A DNA stretch of 64,000 nt from the human T2T-CHM13v2.0 reference genome, Homo sapiens: assembly GCF_009914755.1 (NCBI RefSeq), contig NC_060931.1. One strand, 5' to 3'. The translations under genes were made by a program, and so were the position numbers. The notes beneath the pieces were generated by a model, which made no database searches, was not told the DNA's origin, and worked only from the letters and a program-made list of their open reading frames with translations. Positions 39,022 to 53,385 of the stretch are shown here, piece after piece (positions within the stretch are counted from its first letter, which is position 1; every line of letters begins with the position of its first letter).

Positions 39022-41861
39022 CCCACACAATTATTGATAGTTTAATTCAGGGACATGGGACACACATCTCTATAAGAACTCTGCCAGTGGATTACATCCT
39101 TCAGATTAATTATGCAGTCAAATTAGTTGAATAAGTATAGGGCCTTTAATAATACAGAGGAGCTAGTAAGTCTAAAGCTTTTCATAGTTTAATCATTTGC
39201 TACTCCTCAATCTTTTTCATCCTGGAAGTCAGGCTTAGAGACACCTGTCAAAGGAAGAAAAGAGCCACACTTTCTTGGTAAACACTGTTTACTCCACAAG
39301 ACTATGTCAACAGAGTTAGCACTGCTGACTTCCTTTGATGGCCACCAAAACTACCTGCTTTTCCTTTTATCTTCCATCCTAGCCTCATCCACTCTCTATG
39401 TCAACACTGCTACCTTGGCATTTGTTCTTTAATTAGATCATCAGGTTTTTTAATAATCTTAAAGACTGTACTATTTTCATTCAGTTTTTTTAGCATACAA
39501 CATAGGAACCCTTCAACAAGCAGTATGATAGACAGTTATTATTAATAGCTGTTGTTAACTGTTGTTAGCTGTTTTGAACATGAATTTACCGTATTTAATT
39601 TGAATCAATTAGTCATTTCTAATTTTTCTTCTTCAACAACCTTGAAATCTTAGAGAAACTGAATTAAAGATAGGCAAACTCCAAAGTTTTTAATGAGAAC
39701 AGAAAGACCTTATTTGCCTAAGGTCTTAGGCACTACTTAACAGTGGCCTCAAGTATTTCACAATAGTTTACCTAAGCACCCAGTGAAAGAGTGATATTTA
39801 AAAACCCAACATCTTGAAGTCTAAACTGTAACCAAGAGGTCATTTGCTGCACTCACTGTTCTTTTTATCAGCCTTATGCCTCTTCTTTTCTGACATTTAT
39901 TTCTGCTACTGTGAATCTGTAAAGGTTTAAATATGCAGGTGTGAATAATCAGATACGGAAAAAGCATTTATATTAGTCCGTCCCCAAGTAGCAAATATCT
40001 TAGGCAATTTACTTAACCTCTGTGCTTATTCACACTCCACCATCCCCTTCTCCCTCCTAGGACTGCTTATAATAATCCAATGTGAGACTCTGGAAGCCAC
40101 TCTGAAAATAAAGAGTGTTGAAAATACAAAGCACTGCTATGATCATGCAACTACCCAGCACAATATGCCAAATAACTGTTACTGAATTGAATCATTTATA
40201 TGCTGATTATCATCTATGATTTATGCCTAACAATAAAGAACATCTATTTTTAATCATTGTACCACAAGGCCACATAGTTTTGCTTTTTCTTCCTCCAGAG
40301 ACCTCATGTTTTGAAAGACTATGGCTGTCAATTACATTTATTCATAATTTACTCATTTTTGCTCTTTTTAATCAAAGTTTTTATTACTAAAATATGTTTT
40401 CTAAACAGTGAACAGCAATAGTAAGTAATAATAAACGGATTTTCAATTTACTTGTTTAATGAGATGTTAATGATATAGTGAACCTATGCAAACTTATTAC
40501 AGATAAATATCTGGGAACAACATTGTGGCTTTCTCAGAGCTTCCATGATAGTCTAATCTAGACTGATCTTCCTCAAAATAAATCAAATTTATATCTCACT
40601 AAGTATAAATTCATTGTAATCCATCTTGTCAGTTAATATCAGCTAAGTATAATTATATATATTTGTGGGGAAATATAAAGTAAATCAATTCCAGGATCAA
40701 GACAAGCCCATATGTCTATTTTTCTTCAATGGGTTAGTCTTATTTAAATAAGATGAATAAGGTTCAAACCATAGACATTCTTATATCGACGACACGCTGA
40801 TGCTCTTGCAACTGTTCTTACTATTACTCACTGCCATTAAGGATAATACAAAGAAAGAGAACAATGCTTAGTGTGTGAACCTCACAAATAAGTTCTACTT
40901 CCATCTCTCATGTAGCCAATTAATTATCATTATCAGATAATTAAAACTTTAAGTGCCTGCCAGATTTATTATCATTCTTTTCACACACCAAAAAAGCAGA
41001 AAATGGCATCTAAGAGAGACTGAACAGCATATTGAATCCAGCAAATCTCAGATCTTCTTCCTCCTTCAGTACCAGTGATAAGGACAGCACTTGAACACCA
41101 TCCTTTTAAGCTGTTATTTGTGAAATTCTTAGAGAAGAAAAAGTAATCTATAATTCTCATTTTATGAAAATAAAAGTATGATAGGGAAAGTCAAACAGTA
41201 CATTAAAACAGGCCATTTCTTGCTGATATTCTCTTAATCACAGTAAAGCAGATTTTTTCCCCTGGCTGAAGGGAATTCTTGTTCTCTCTAATTGGGAATT
41301 TTTTTTTTATCCTGAGGGTAGTTTTCATGTCAAAACATACAAGGCAACAATGAAAGCTGGTTGTGAGTACATCAACTATCTGTCATGTTCAATTTAAGGC
41401 TGGAAGAGGAGAAAGGAAGGTAACACTGTCCAAATACTAATAGTGGCAGACATTGCAATATTCCTATCAGAAGAGAATATTCATGAGCATTAAGAAGATA
41501 TATTAGTATTGCACTATAATTCACAGGTAATGTGATTTGAGGCATGATTTGATCACAGAATGAATAAATCTGTGATATGTAATAATAACAATTAAAATAA
41601 TCAGAATCACCAAAAGAGACCTTTGAGATTATCTGATCCAAACCATCCCAATTCAGATTCCAAGTTTCTTCTTCTGTGTAACCATAAGCAACCAAGTTCA
41701 ACTTTTCTACTGTTTCTAGTGGCAGACTTTCTAACAGACTCCATGACTCTCTACCCAATAAACCCACGGTTACCATGCAGCCAGAAGATTTTAGTATAAC
41801 TAAACTGAGAAAAATCCACTGTCTTCAAGTGAAAAATAATAGCATTAGAAAAGAACTCTGC

Positions 41862-41928
41862 AAAAAACAAAAAAAAAAGGAAAAGAAAAGAAAAAGAAAA
41901 AAAGAAAACAAAAATAAAAGGGGAAAAA
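41862..41928 (+). repeat. A-rich tract flanked by 13-bp direct repeat
   Basis: aaaagaactctgc at 41849-41861 and 41929-41941. Confidence 0.8.
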
Positions 41929-43629
41929 AAAAGAACTCTGCCTTAAAAGTCACAGGATGTGAGTTCTAGCTCCAGCAGTGTCACTTAGCCATCTGAAGTA
42001 ACAGATGCAAAGCTGCTATGTCAGCTCTGAAGTGGCATGATAAAATTATCAGAACTGAAATCTTGAAGCCCAATCCCACCAATAACAATTTTTAATTTTT
42101 CACTAAGAGTTGGCGGTGAAGTTGTAGGACACATGGATATACTTTGTAAGTTACTTGTGAAATTCTCAGAGAAGAAAGAGAAACCTGTTTTCATCTTTCA
42201 TTTTACAAAACAAAAGTGAGATGGAGACACACAAAAGAGTACAGTAATATGAACCCATTCTAGCTAGCATTTCCTAACTCACTGTTCCCTGAAAAGATTA
42301 TTTAGTGAAAAGTACTGCCTTTATATTTCTGAAAACTAATTTCACATCCAACATCCTTTCCAGTGGGTCTTCACATAGCCCTATCAAGTGGAACTGTATG
42401 ACTATCACTGCATTTCTTAGGACTTATCAGCCAGAAGCTTGATAATTTAAAAGTAGAAGTCACCTCCTGGCAAGAAAACTGATACGTGTGACACCACAGA
42501 TAGTAATCCCCGTTAAATCAGCAGAGGCTAGATTTAAAGTTCATATCTTTTTATAAGAAAAGCTAACTAAGGAATGTTTAATCTCTGAAAGAACAAAACA
42601 GAAATGTATTTTATTGCAGCTTCTTGACTTCAATGTTTGATGGGGGAGGGGAGAAATCTCAGTTCATTGGGCACAGGATGACACAAGGCTTACAGAAAAA
42701 AGACAATAGTGAAGGTCAAGGGAAGAAAAATGTTCAGAGTATGTGATGAGGTCACCCAAGGGGGCAGAACAATACATCCGTGAAATCAGTTTTCTCAACT
42801 TTCAATTATGCCCTACCACTTCGATTCTTATCATCCTAAACTTTTCCTCTTCCTTAGAAAGTGTCAGTCACCTTCTACTTCTTGATAGTCTCTGACCTTG
42901 ATTCTGCAGTTTTGAGGGCTGAGTTTTCTCATCTCCTCATAAAACACTTTTTTCAGAGAAGTTCCCCCAACCATAGCTCCCATCAAACAATACGATTGAC
43001 CTAAAGTCTGATTTTCAGCTTTTCTCAACTGTTTTCATCTCATCTCCCAATCTGATTCATTCTAACCTTTCAGCTATCACTTGTGTGTTACAGAGGAGGT
43101 TTAACTTTGTCTTCGCACACCTGGAACTCAATGTAGCAACATTCCAAACTAAGCCTTCTGAGGACAAAATATTTGACAGCATTTTGTATGTCAATTTGTC
43201 CCTTTATGTATAGAACAAATTTTTACAAATCTGATTAGACCTTTGTGTTTCACCTACAAAAATAAAACACTAAAGTCAATCTCTAATTTGGTGGCACAAA
43301 AGTTACTCAATCTACAAACATTCCAGTGTTCTGCAGCTTTCTTAGGAGCCATGAAAGGATTATATATTCTGTCCATGAGAGTTTACTCTCCTCTAGGAAG
43401 AAATTCTATAGTTGAAAAAAGTGTCATTTTTTTCCTAATACCAATTAAACAATGAAAACATATTCTATATATCAAGTACCAAACAATATGTTAAGTATGG
43501 GGAAAAAAAACAACTGGCTAATCAACTTATCATTGCATATGAGGATATAGCAACAAACATCTCCTAAATTCTAAATGTTACTCTCTCATCTTTTTGAAAA
43601 ATATAGACAATTAAGAATAAAATCTACTA

Positions 43630-43790
43630 CCAGGTATGATGTTAGGTACGAAGCTACTCAGGAAGTGGAGGCAGGAGGATCACTTGAGCCCAAGGTTTTG
43701 AGACTATAGTAAACTGATTGTGCCTGTGAATAGCCACTGCACTCCAGCCTGGGCAGCATGGCAAGACTCATCTCTAAAAAATTTATTTTA
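43630..43790 (+). mobile_element. FAM (fossil Alu monomer)
   Basis: gcctgtgaatagccactgcactccagcctggg; TSD agaata(a/c)aatcta at 43614-43626 and 43814-43826. Confidence 0.8.
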
Positions 43791-44416
43791 TTTTTATAAA
43801 TCCTTAAAAAATGAGAATACAATCTATAAAGAGAACATTAATCAATTAAAAATGACCCACAAAACAACATATCTGAGCCTTTAGATGCCATCTTTTAAAA
43901 AGTCCATTTATCTCTCCAGGATATTAATTTGCATCACATTTCTATCAAGAGGTAAATGTTAGGGGTGTGCAGATGCCTCAGGATGGGGATAAGCACTTGT
44001 TCAATATATACTAGCAGTGTATTCCAAAGAGACAGTCCCATAGACATTAAGAACATAGACCCAAATTCTAGGCTTCCTGGTTTCAAATCTCAGTTCCCCC
44101 TTTGACCTGAATTTGTGACTCTGAGCTATTGTTTTAGTTTCCTAATCTGCTTTTTATAAAGGGAGGGGGAAAGGCAAATTAATAAAAATTTCTACTTTAC
44201 AAGGTTGTTGTAATGACTAAATGAATTGGAATGAATGCAGGTAAAGCATTTACAATTATACCTGGCATATAGCAAGTAAAGATTGGCTATTATTTTTTAT
44301 TATTATTTTAGTCATTATTACTGTTGCTATATTATTGTATAATTATTATTCCAGGACTGCAGATCACATTTATCACCTTATTTAACCCCCTTAACCACCT
44401 GTGAATGGCTGTCTCC

Positions 44417-44429
44417 AGGTCAAAGTCCA
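44417..44429 (+). promoter_or_regulatory. HNF4-type DR1 motif AGGTCAAAGTCCA
   Basis: Exact consensus match; motif only. Confidence 0.35.
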
Positions 44430-44669
44430 GAGTCCTTGGTAGGACAGAGAGCAGCCGGCCGATTGAGTTGCCAGAATCTCTGGCCCTTCCCACATCCTCC
44501 CTGAGTGCCAGCCATTCAGATCTCACAGAGCACCCAGGAAAACCAGATGCTGCTCCACTTGGCACCTTCATCCTGTTTCCTATACCTGGAATGTCACTTG
44601 CATCAGGTTAAAGAACTTCTTCCTTCAGAATTCACCTCAGAGAGCCTCAGAGAATTAACATACATGGCT

Positions 44670-46722
<2,053 letters not shown>

Positions 46723-48459
46723 CAGATAGTGTAAGTCTGCTTATTTCTTAACGTCCATTAAATATGGGTTATACCAATAGATTTGAGAAAAAAAAAGTCT
46801 GTATTTGATTTTTTTTACTTGTCTGCATATAGCACTTTATCTAAAACAACTAAATATTAGAAGTTTATAACCAATTATTCAAATTCTAGACTATAAATAC
46901 TTATATGCATAAATATATAAAAGTCATGTTTGAAGCCACATTAATTCGCTATACTCTGTATGAGAAATACAAAAACTATACACACATATATACAACAGAC
47001 ATTATACATACATATATACACTTCTATATACATCTATATGTATTACTTCATATGAATTATTGATTCACATATTCTAAATACTAAAGCACAAGATTAAACA
47101 AAGTCCCTAAGACTATGACTGATTTGATCCTTTCCTAAATTAAAGATATCTTAATCATCTTCATTTAGAAAGTGGTGTGTTGTATAGCTGAAGAACAAAT
47201 TAATGGAAAAAATAGGAAAACAACATGGTATATTAAGGTTGTACCTGAAGTTATGGACTCAGATATATTTTAAAGAATAAGCAATTGAAGAGCTATACTC
47301 CCCAAATAAGAGAATATAAAAGGGAGAAATACATTATGTTTATTTCCCCTTCAGAGTTCCAGATTGTCTGAAAAATATGTAAAGGAACTCTCTCCCTACT
47401 TATACCCCAGATCAGACCTTTATTTCTAAGGTTTGGTTTGAAGCAAAAGGGCTTTGTCCCAAATGAGAAAGAAAGAGAGAACATAGCCCAGGAAACTGCT
47501 CTATCCTCTCTGATGATCTAAGAACATCCAGTGAAACTGAGAGGTTCAAGGAAAGATTTTAGAAGCCATTGTTCTTCAAGAATAAATGAGGAGAATGACC
47601 CAACAGTGAAGAAGATATGGATTGGAACAGGGGTTACATCCCTTTGGTCTGAGATTAAAACAAAGAGTGTTGTGGTTCAGGAATGGCATGCTACTTGCAA
47701 GACCTTGAATGATGGATGATGCCCACAGATGCTAAACTCTTGGCACCAGGGCCTTAAGAGAAGTGCCAATGTTCCCTGTGGCTGAGCCTGGAGCTAGCGG
47801 AGAGGAGGAGAGAGATGAGATCATCTCAGTGGCCTGCCCAGAGAAGCACTAAGCAACTGATGAGTTCTCCACAGCAGAGAGGACAAAAAGACAATGGGGA
47901 TCAGTGTCAATTAACAACCAGAAGCCTCTTCATGCTATTTCCTGAGCCCTGTAAGCTTCAGAGTCACATATACCCCAGGGTTCTAGAACAACAAAAACTG
48001 ATACCTGACTTCTCATTAACTTCACTCAGAGGAGCCTTGCAGCCAGATCTTATGTAATCTTTAAAAAACAAATATATAATATAGCTTGCCAATCAATTAT
48101 CTGAAAAAATTTCCAACTGCTTCATAAACATTCCTATAATCCTTTTCCTCAGGAAAGGCCTCCCCCACTGCTTCTTTCTGAGAAAGAAGAAAAGAGATAC
48201 CCAATTACATTTTAAAGAATTTTTAGCAGTTCCCACAAAGGCCAAATTCTGGGTTTCATTTTATTTTGAGACATTTAAGATCTGTGAAATCATGTTCCAC
48301 ACAATCACTCTCCTAAATATTCGTCACTTACTTGAAGTTGCCATGTTCTACTACTTAATTTTCTTTTTCTGTATGAGTCAATTGGTGGGTCCACCACTGA
48401 GTTTTATGTCCCCCTTATGGAGACCTGGAAGCTTCTCCAGGCTGCTATCTTCGAGTGGC

Positions 48460-48720
48460 AGGTTAACTCAGTGGGTAAGACACAGGCTCTAGAATCAGAC
48501 ATGTCTGTCTTTGAATCCTAGACCTGCCGCATCCGGGCTATATGACATAAGGTAAATTACTTCACCACTTTAAGTGTGAGTTTCTTTTTTAATAAAATGG
48601 AAACACTGATCCTAGTTATCTGAGATGGCTGTTGTGAGGATACAATGGGATAACGACATAAAGCTCTAAGCACAATGTTTGGCACATAATCAGTACTTGA
48701 GAAATGGTAGTTATTATTAG
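48460..48720 (+). mobile_element. MIR (further MIRs near 16940-17120, 23690-23920, 27020-27220, 38200-38330, 44040-44300, 63030-63240)
   Basis: ttgaatcctagacctgcc...gttgtgaggat...aagcacaatgtttggcacat core. Confidence 0.7.
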
Positions 48721-49287
48721 CAATAGAAAATCTAAGCTCCTGAAGGAATATCCAGTTACTATGACACTGCCTTCAGCAGCCAAACACTAATGAGTAGTTT
48801 AAGTGACACAGTTAAAGTTATGAACTGTGCTTCTAAGTTGCTTAAGCCTATTAACTTACTTGTGAGTTTTAAAACAATTTGTCTTTAACACAAGAAAATG
48901 TTCACAAATCTAAGGCCAGATCGACAAATTCCAGAGCAAATGTAAGTATACTATAAGGGAATACTTGGAAATTCAGACTTCAGACAAAACACAAAGATAA
49001 AAAATGTCCCAGCCAAAAGTATTATTATTTTTGAAGTATTATCAGAAAAGTATTATCATTTTTAAAGCAAGAATCACTTTTAAGGCAAGTAATAACTAAT
49101 AGTGACCTGATTAGTAGTCAGAATTTTTAGAAAAGTGCTTGCTAGAGTGTCATATTCCAAATGTTATCTGTGGAACCTTATAGTATATAATGAGCAAAAA
49201 TGTCTCTGGCAACACTTAACTAAAACCGATTCCTATGCAGGCATCAATTCTGTAACAGATTTTTGACCCCTAGCCAACAAATGTAAT

Positions 49288-49450
49288 CAGTGCTATGCTG
49301 ATAAGTATTTAAAATCCAGCTCCCAAGGGAAGGGATGCCCTTGATTTGTAGTGTTTGCCAGTTTTCATGGATACAATACTCTACAATGACCCATTTCAAA
49401 CTAACAATCAGTTCTCAAAAGCCAGCGCTAGCCAAGACCACCATACCACC
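49288..49450. mobile_element. MER53-like hAT element
   Basis: ttgatttgtagtgtttgcc...ccatttcaaactaac. Confidence 0.5.
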
Positions 49451-50369
49451 TAGATATGAAGTTGGCATTCAAAATGGTTAGGAGTCCACTTGAATAGGGT
49501 TGTTACAAGAAAACCAAGGAATTAGCCCACAAATGAAAAGTAAACATAGATAAATGATATATAGATTTTTCTAGGCAAGTGACTGAAGCAAATTTACAGT
49601 GGGCTAATTACATAGGTATGATTCAGGCTCTGTTTCCCTTTCAACCACATTCCTCTGTCACTGAGAGCTCATCTGCCCTCTGCACGAGTGGTTTCACACA
49701 CTTGCATCAACTTCTTCTATACAGATGCTCTTGTCTCTTAAGTCTTGTCTCTTAAGACTGTTGCTACACTGAAGCTTTCACCTGCCCACTTGAGGGGCTC
49801 TCAGGTTCTCCCTGAATTCACTCATTAATATCATTCACCAAGAAATAATGGTATTTTTCCCTAACTTTCCTCATAAGATTATTGCAGTTTCCCTTTTATC
49901 AGTAAATCCACCAATTATGCTAAAACTCCTCCAGCTAGTGACAGAGGAATGCTCTCTATGAATAGAAAGAGATTAGTTATCCAGTTAAGAATTTGCTTGC
50001 CTGATCTTTCATTTGGAAACAGAAAAACTAAGCTTTTAGGAATACCACTTGGAAGACTGCAGGAAAACCCAAATACACTCCCTCTCTTTTATTTCCAGCT
50101 TCAAACTTTAGTCTACCCTCTCGACTATTTTGCTGCAGGAACCCCTAACTCACTAAATTAACTAAATTAACGATTTTAAAAAGTAAAGTTTTAAGTGAAA
50201 ATAAATTTACATTTACATTTATTTCATATTTCTCTGTTATTTTATAATGTTGTACTTCAAACCTCCCAAAAGACAAGCTGTTGAATGTGATATCCAGCAA
50301 TTCTATAATCTCTCTGTAGGTTATACTAAAAAAAATTAAGTTATTTCTATGGCTAAAAAAAATATCCAT

Positions 50370-50520
50370 TGCAAGATGAAAGATTTCTGTGGATGGATTG
50401 TGGTAATGATAGTAAACAATATGAATATATTTAATGCCCCTGAACTAGACACTTAGAAATGGTGACGATGGTAAATTTTAAGTTATGTGTATTTCAACAG
50501 AATTTAACATTTTTAAAATA
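50370..50520 (+). mobile_element. L1MB 3' end fragment
   Basis: ctgaactagacacttagaaatggt...atggtaaattttaagttatgtgtattt. Confidence 0.7.
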
Positions 50521-50813
50521 AGAAAAAATCCATTAAAAAGAAACTTTGCCACTCTGCCCTCCCATGGTTTCAAATAAGAAAATAGATTTTAAAAAAAAAT
50601 AATAACATTCTTTAATATTGCCTTTGTCTCATTACAGACTTGAGATATAAGGACATCTAGTGATGAGAAAGGCTGCATTTATTCTGCTGGTTATCAATGC
50701 CATATGCTCATTTTTGTAAGGTCTCCTACATTCATTATAATTAACATCTAGGGCTAATATGAAGAGGTAATTGTTTAATCAAGAAAACAAATGGTCAAAA
50801 TGACAAAACATAC

Positions 50814-50934
50814 TGCATTCTTTGCCTCTCACTGGGTCAGGCAGGCCAGAGCAGTCCACTGCAGAATTTGGAATGGCAACTCTCCACCTGGAGCCACTGC
50901 TATCACATTCCGTATATTCAAAGTGATAATCTTT
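50814..50934 (-). CDS. ELAPOR2: ELAPOR2 coding exon (probable exon 2), 121 nt: [40 protein letters not shown]
   Basis: Acceptor ttgcag|AAAGAT, donor TGCA|gtatgt; phase 0->1; peptide recognised as the ELAPOR2 N-terminal ectodomain. Confidence 0.96.
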
Positions 50935-51879
50935 CTGCAAACAATCACAAAAACAAGCCTTTGTTAGAGCCAGTTCTAACGGGACAACTGTGCTTTCTCT
51001 ATCACCCCAAGCCCCTGTTTCCAAGCTGTACCCTCTCCTTGATTCTTATCCCTCCCCCATCCCACCCACACCAAGCAGCTTATTGATCAAAGAGGTATGG
51101 TGCTAGACACAGAGTAGGTGCTGAGGAGATGATGCAGGACAGGACAGTCAACGCTGTCAGGTTGTGACCATTATCCTTTCATCTCACCCATCCAGAAAAG
51201 CTACAGCACACTTCCCTATCTCTTGCAGGCTTTTTAAGCTCTAAATAACTGATAGATGTGAGTAGGAGAAAGAGCAAAATAACACTAGGAATTTGACTAC
51301 TGTCATTGTCCCATGTGTTTCAAAGAAAGAAACAAGAGAACTACTTCCATTGACCTAATTCTCACTCTGTTTAAAATTTAACAGAAGGTGTAAAAATTAA
51401 TCATCAAATACTAATAAAAGACTACAAGTTTTTAAAGCAGCTCTCCCAGGCTTACCACACATGTACCACAGCAGGCTGCCATCAATTACGGACTATTAAA
51501 ATTGACCATTAATTACAACTGCCAAATTAAAACCAACCCCCAACCCACTTGTCTCCAGCCTTTGATTGTTTTGAAATTCTCACAATGACCTCCCTTGGTC
51601 AGAGCACATTACACATAAGTGATATTTAAACTGAGAAGAACCCAAACAAAATATTATTGGAGCATTTTAAGAATGTGAGAAATTCCAAATCTACCCCAAA
51701 TTGTTTTCAGTTCAATACCTTACTTATTCAGTTCAAAATCCTGGTTGTGGTTATTCTGCTGCATCCACACTGTTTTGCCTCCCTCACTGTGTCAATGACA
51801 AGTGAGAATAGAAACATCAAGCCACATCACCATGCGGACATCAGGAATGAGAAGGCCATTGTCTTTGACCTTCTCTGCA

Positions 51880-52990
51880 TAGCACACTTTGCTAACAATG
51901 ACTGTCCTAATTTTAACATTTTTTGCAATCTAGATAAGCTGAGATTTCCCAAATCATCAAGTCTGGGTTCCCGTTTATTTAACAGTTCTTCCCTCAATGT
52001 ATCTTGCTTCTCTCATAATTACTATAAGCAACAAGAAGAACCCAGGCCATTCCTTCAGCACTTTGCTTGGAAATCTGCTCAGCTAAATATCCAAGCTCAT
52101 CTTACAAGTTTTGCTTTCCACACAAACATAGGACCACAATTCTGCTAAGCTTTCTACCACTATATTAAAGGGGTCACCTTTCCTCCAATTTCCTGGAGGA
52201 AACATTGGAATAAATATTTATTTATTTATGAGATATTCCTCTTTTCTTTCGGGGCCCTCACTAGTATCACTTTCAATATTTTTAAAAATATTCTGCTTAT
52301 GACAATTTACATATTCTTTAAGATGATACAGACATTTTCTGCCATGCTTCTCACTTCCTTCTGAGCCTTCACAGGCAGTCTCTAAAATCCACATTTCTAC
52401 CAACAGTCTGTTCAAGGCCATCTAGACTTTACTAGCATGCACCTCAAAATTCTCCCAGCCTCTGCCCATTATCCAGTTCTAAAGCCACATTCCCGCTTTT
52501 AGGTGTTTGTTACAACAACACTTCCCTTCAAGGTACCAAAATCTGTATTCGTTTCCCATAACAGCCGTAATAAATTAGCAGAAACTTAGCAACTTAAAAC
52601 AACAGAAATATATTCTCTCACAGTTCTGGAGGCTGGAAGTTCAAAAGCTGTATTACAAGGCTGATCAAGGTATCGCCAGGCCACACTCCCTTAGGCAGCT
52701 TGAGGAGAGAATCCACTCCTTGACCCTTCCAGGTTCTGGCGGCTGCCACCATTTATTGCCCTGTGGCTTCATCACTCCAGTCTCTGCCTCTGTGGTACCA
52801 TTGCCTTCTCCTCCTCTTGTGATAGCATTTAGGGCCCATCCCAGTAACCTCACTTTCTCAAGATTCTCACTTTAAATCTTCAAAGTCCTATTTTGTCATA
52901 TAAAAATAATATTTACAGGTTCTGGGGATTAGGACTTGGATTTTTTGGACGACAGGGGCAGTAGGAAGGAGTATGATTCAGCCTACCACA
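51880..52990 (-). mobile_element. MLT1 5' LTR (52544-52990) plus MaLR internal sequence (~51880-52543)
   Basis: Minus strand reads tgtggtaggctgaatc ... gaataca then gattttggtacc (MLT1-int start). Confidence 0.8.
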
Positions 52991-53087
52991 CCCTCCCATG
53001 GTAGAATAGCCTTGGCCTGCCATGTATTTGCATAATTGCTTTCTTGTTTCTCTTGTTCCTTGTTATTTGTATTAGAATGTATGTCTT

Positions 53088-53385
53088 GGCTAGGAGCTGT
53101 GCCTCAGCCCTGTAATCCCAGCACTTTGGGATGCCAAGGTGGGCAGATCACTTGAGGTCAGGAGTTTGAGACCAGCCTGGTCAACATGGCGAAACCCTGT
53201 CTCTACTAAAAGTACAAAAATTAGCCGGGCGTGGTGGTGTGCGCTTCCCAGCTACTTGTGAGGCTGGGGCATGAGAATCACTTGAATGCTGGAGGCAGAG
53301 GTTGCAGTGAGCTGAGATTGAACCACTGTACTCCATCCAGCCTGGGCAATGGAACGAGACTCCATCTCAAAAATAAAATAAAATA
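53088..53385 (+). mobile_element. AluS
   Basis: Alu consensus; TSD aatgt(a/c)tgtctt. Confidence 0.93.

Noticed and set aside
51657-52148. 163-aa ORF
   Set aside because: TTG start, antisense to MaLR internal sequence, no domain similarity
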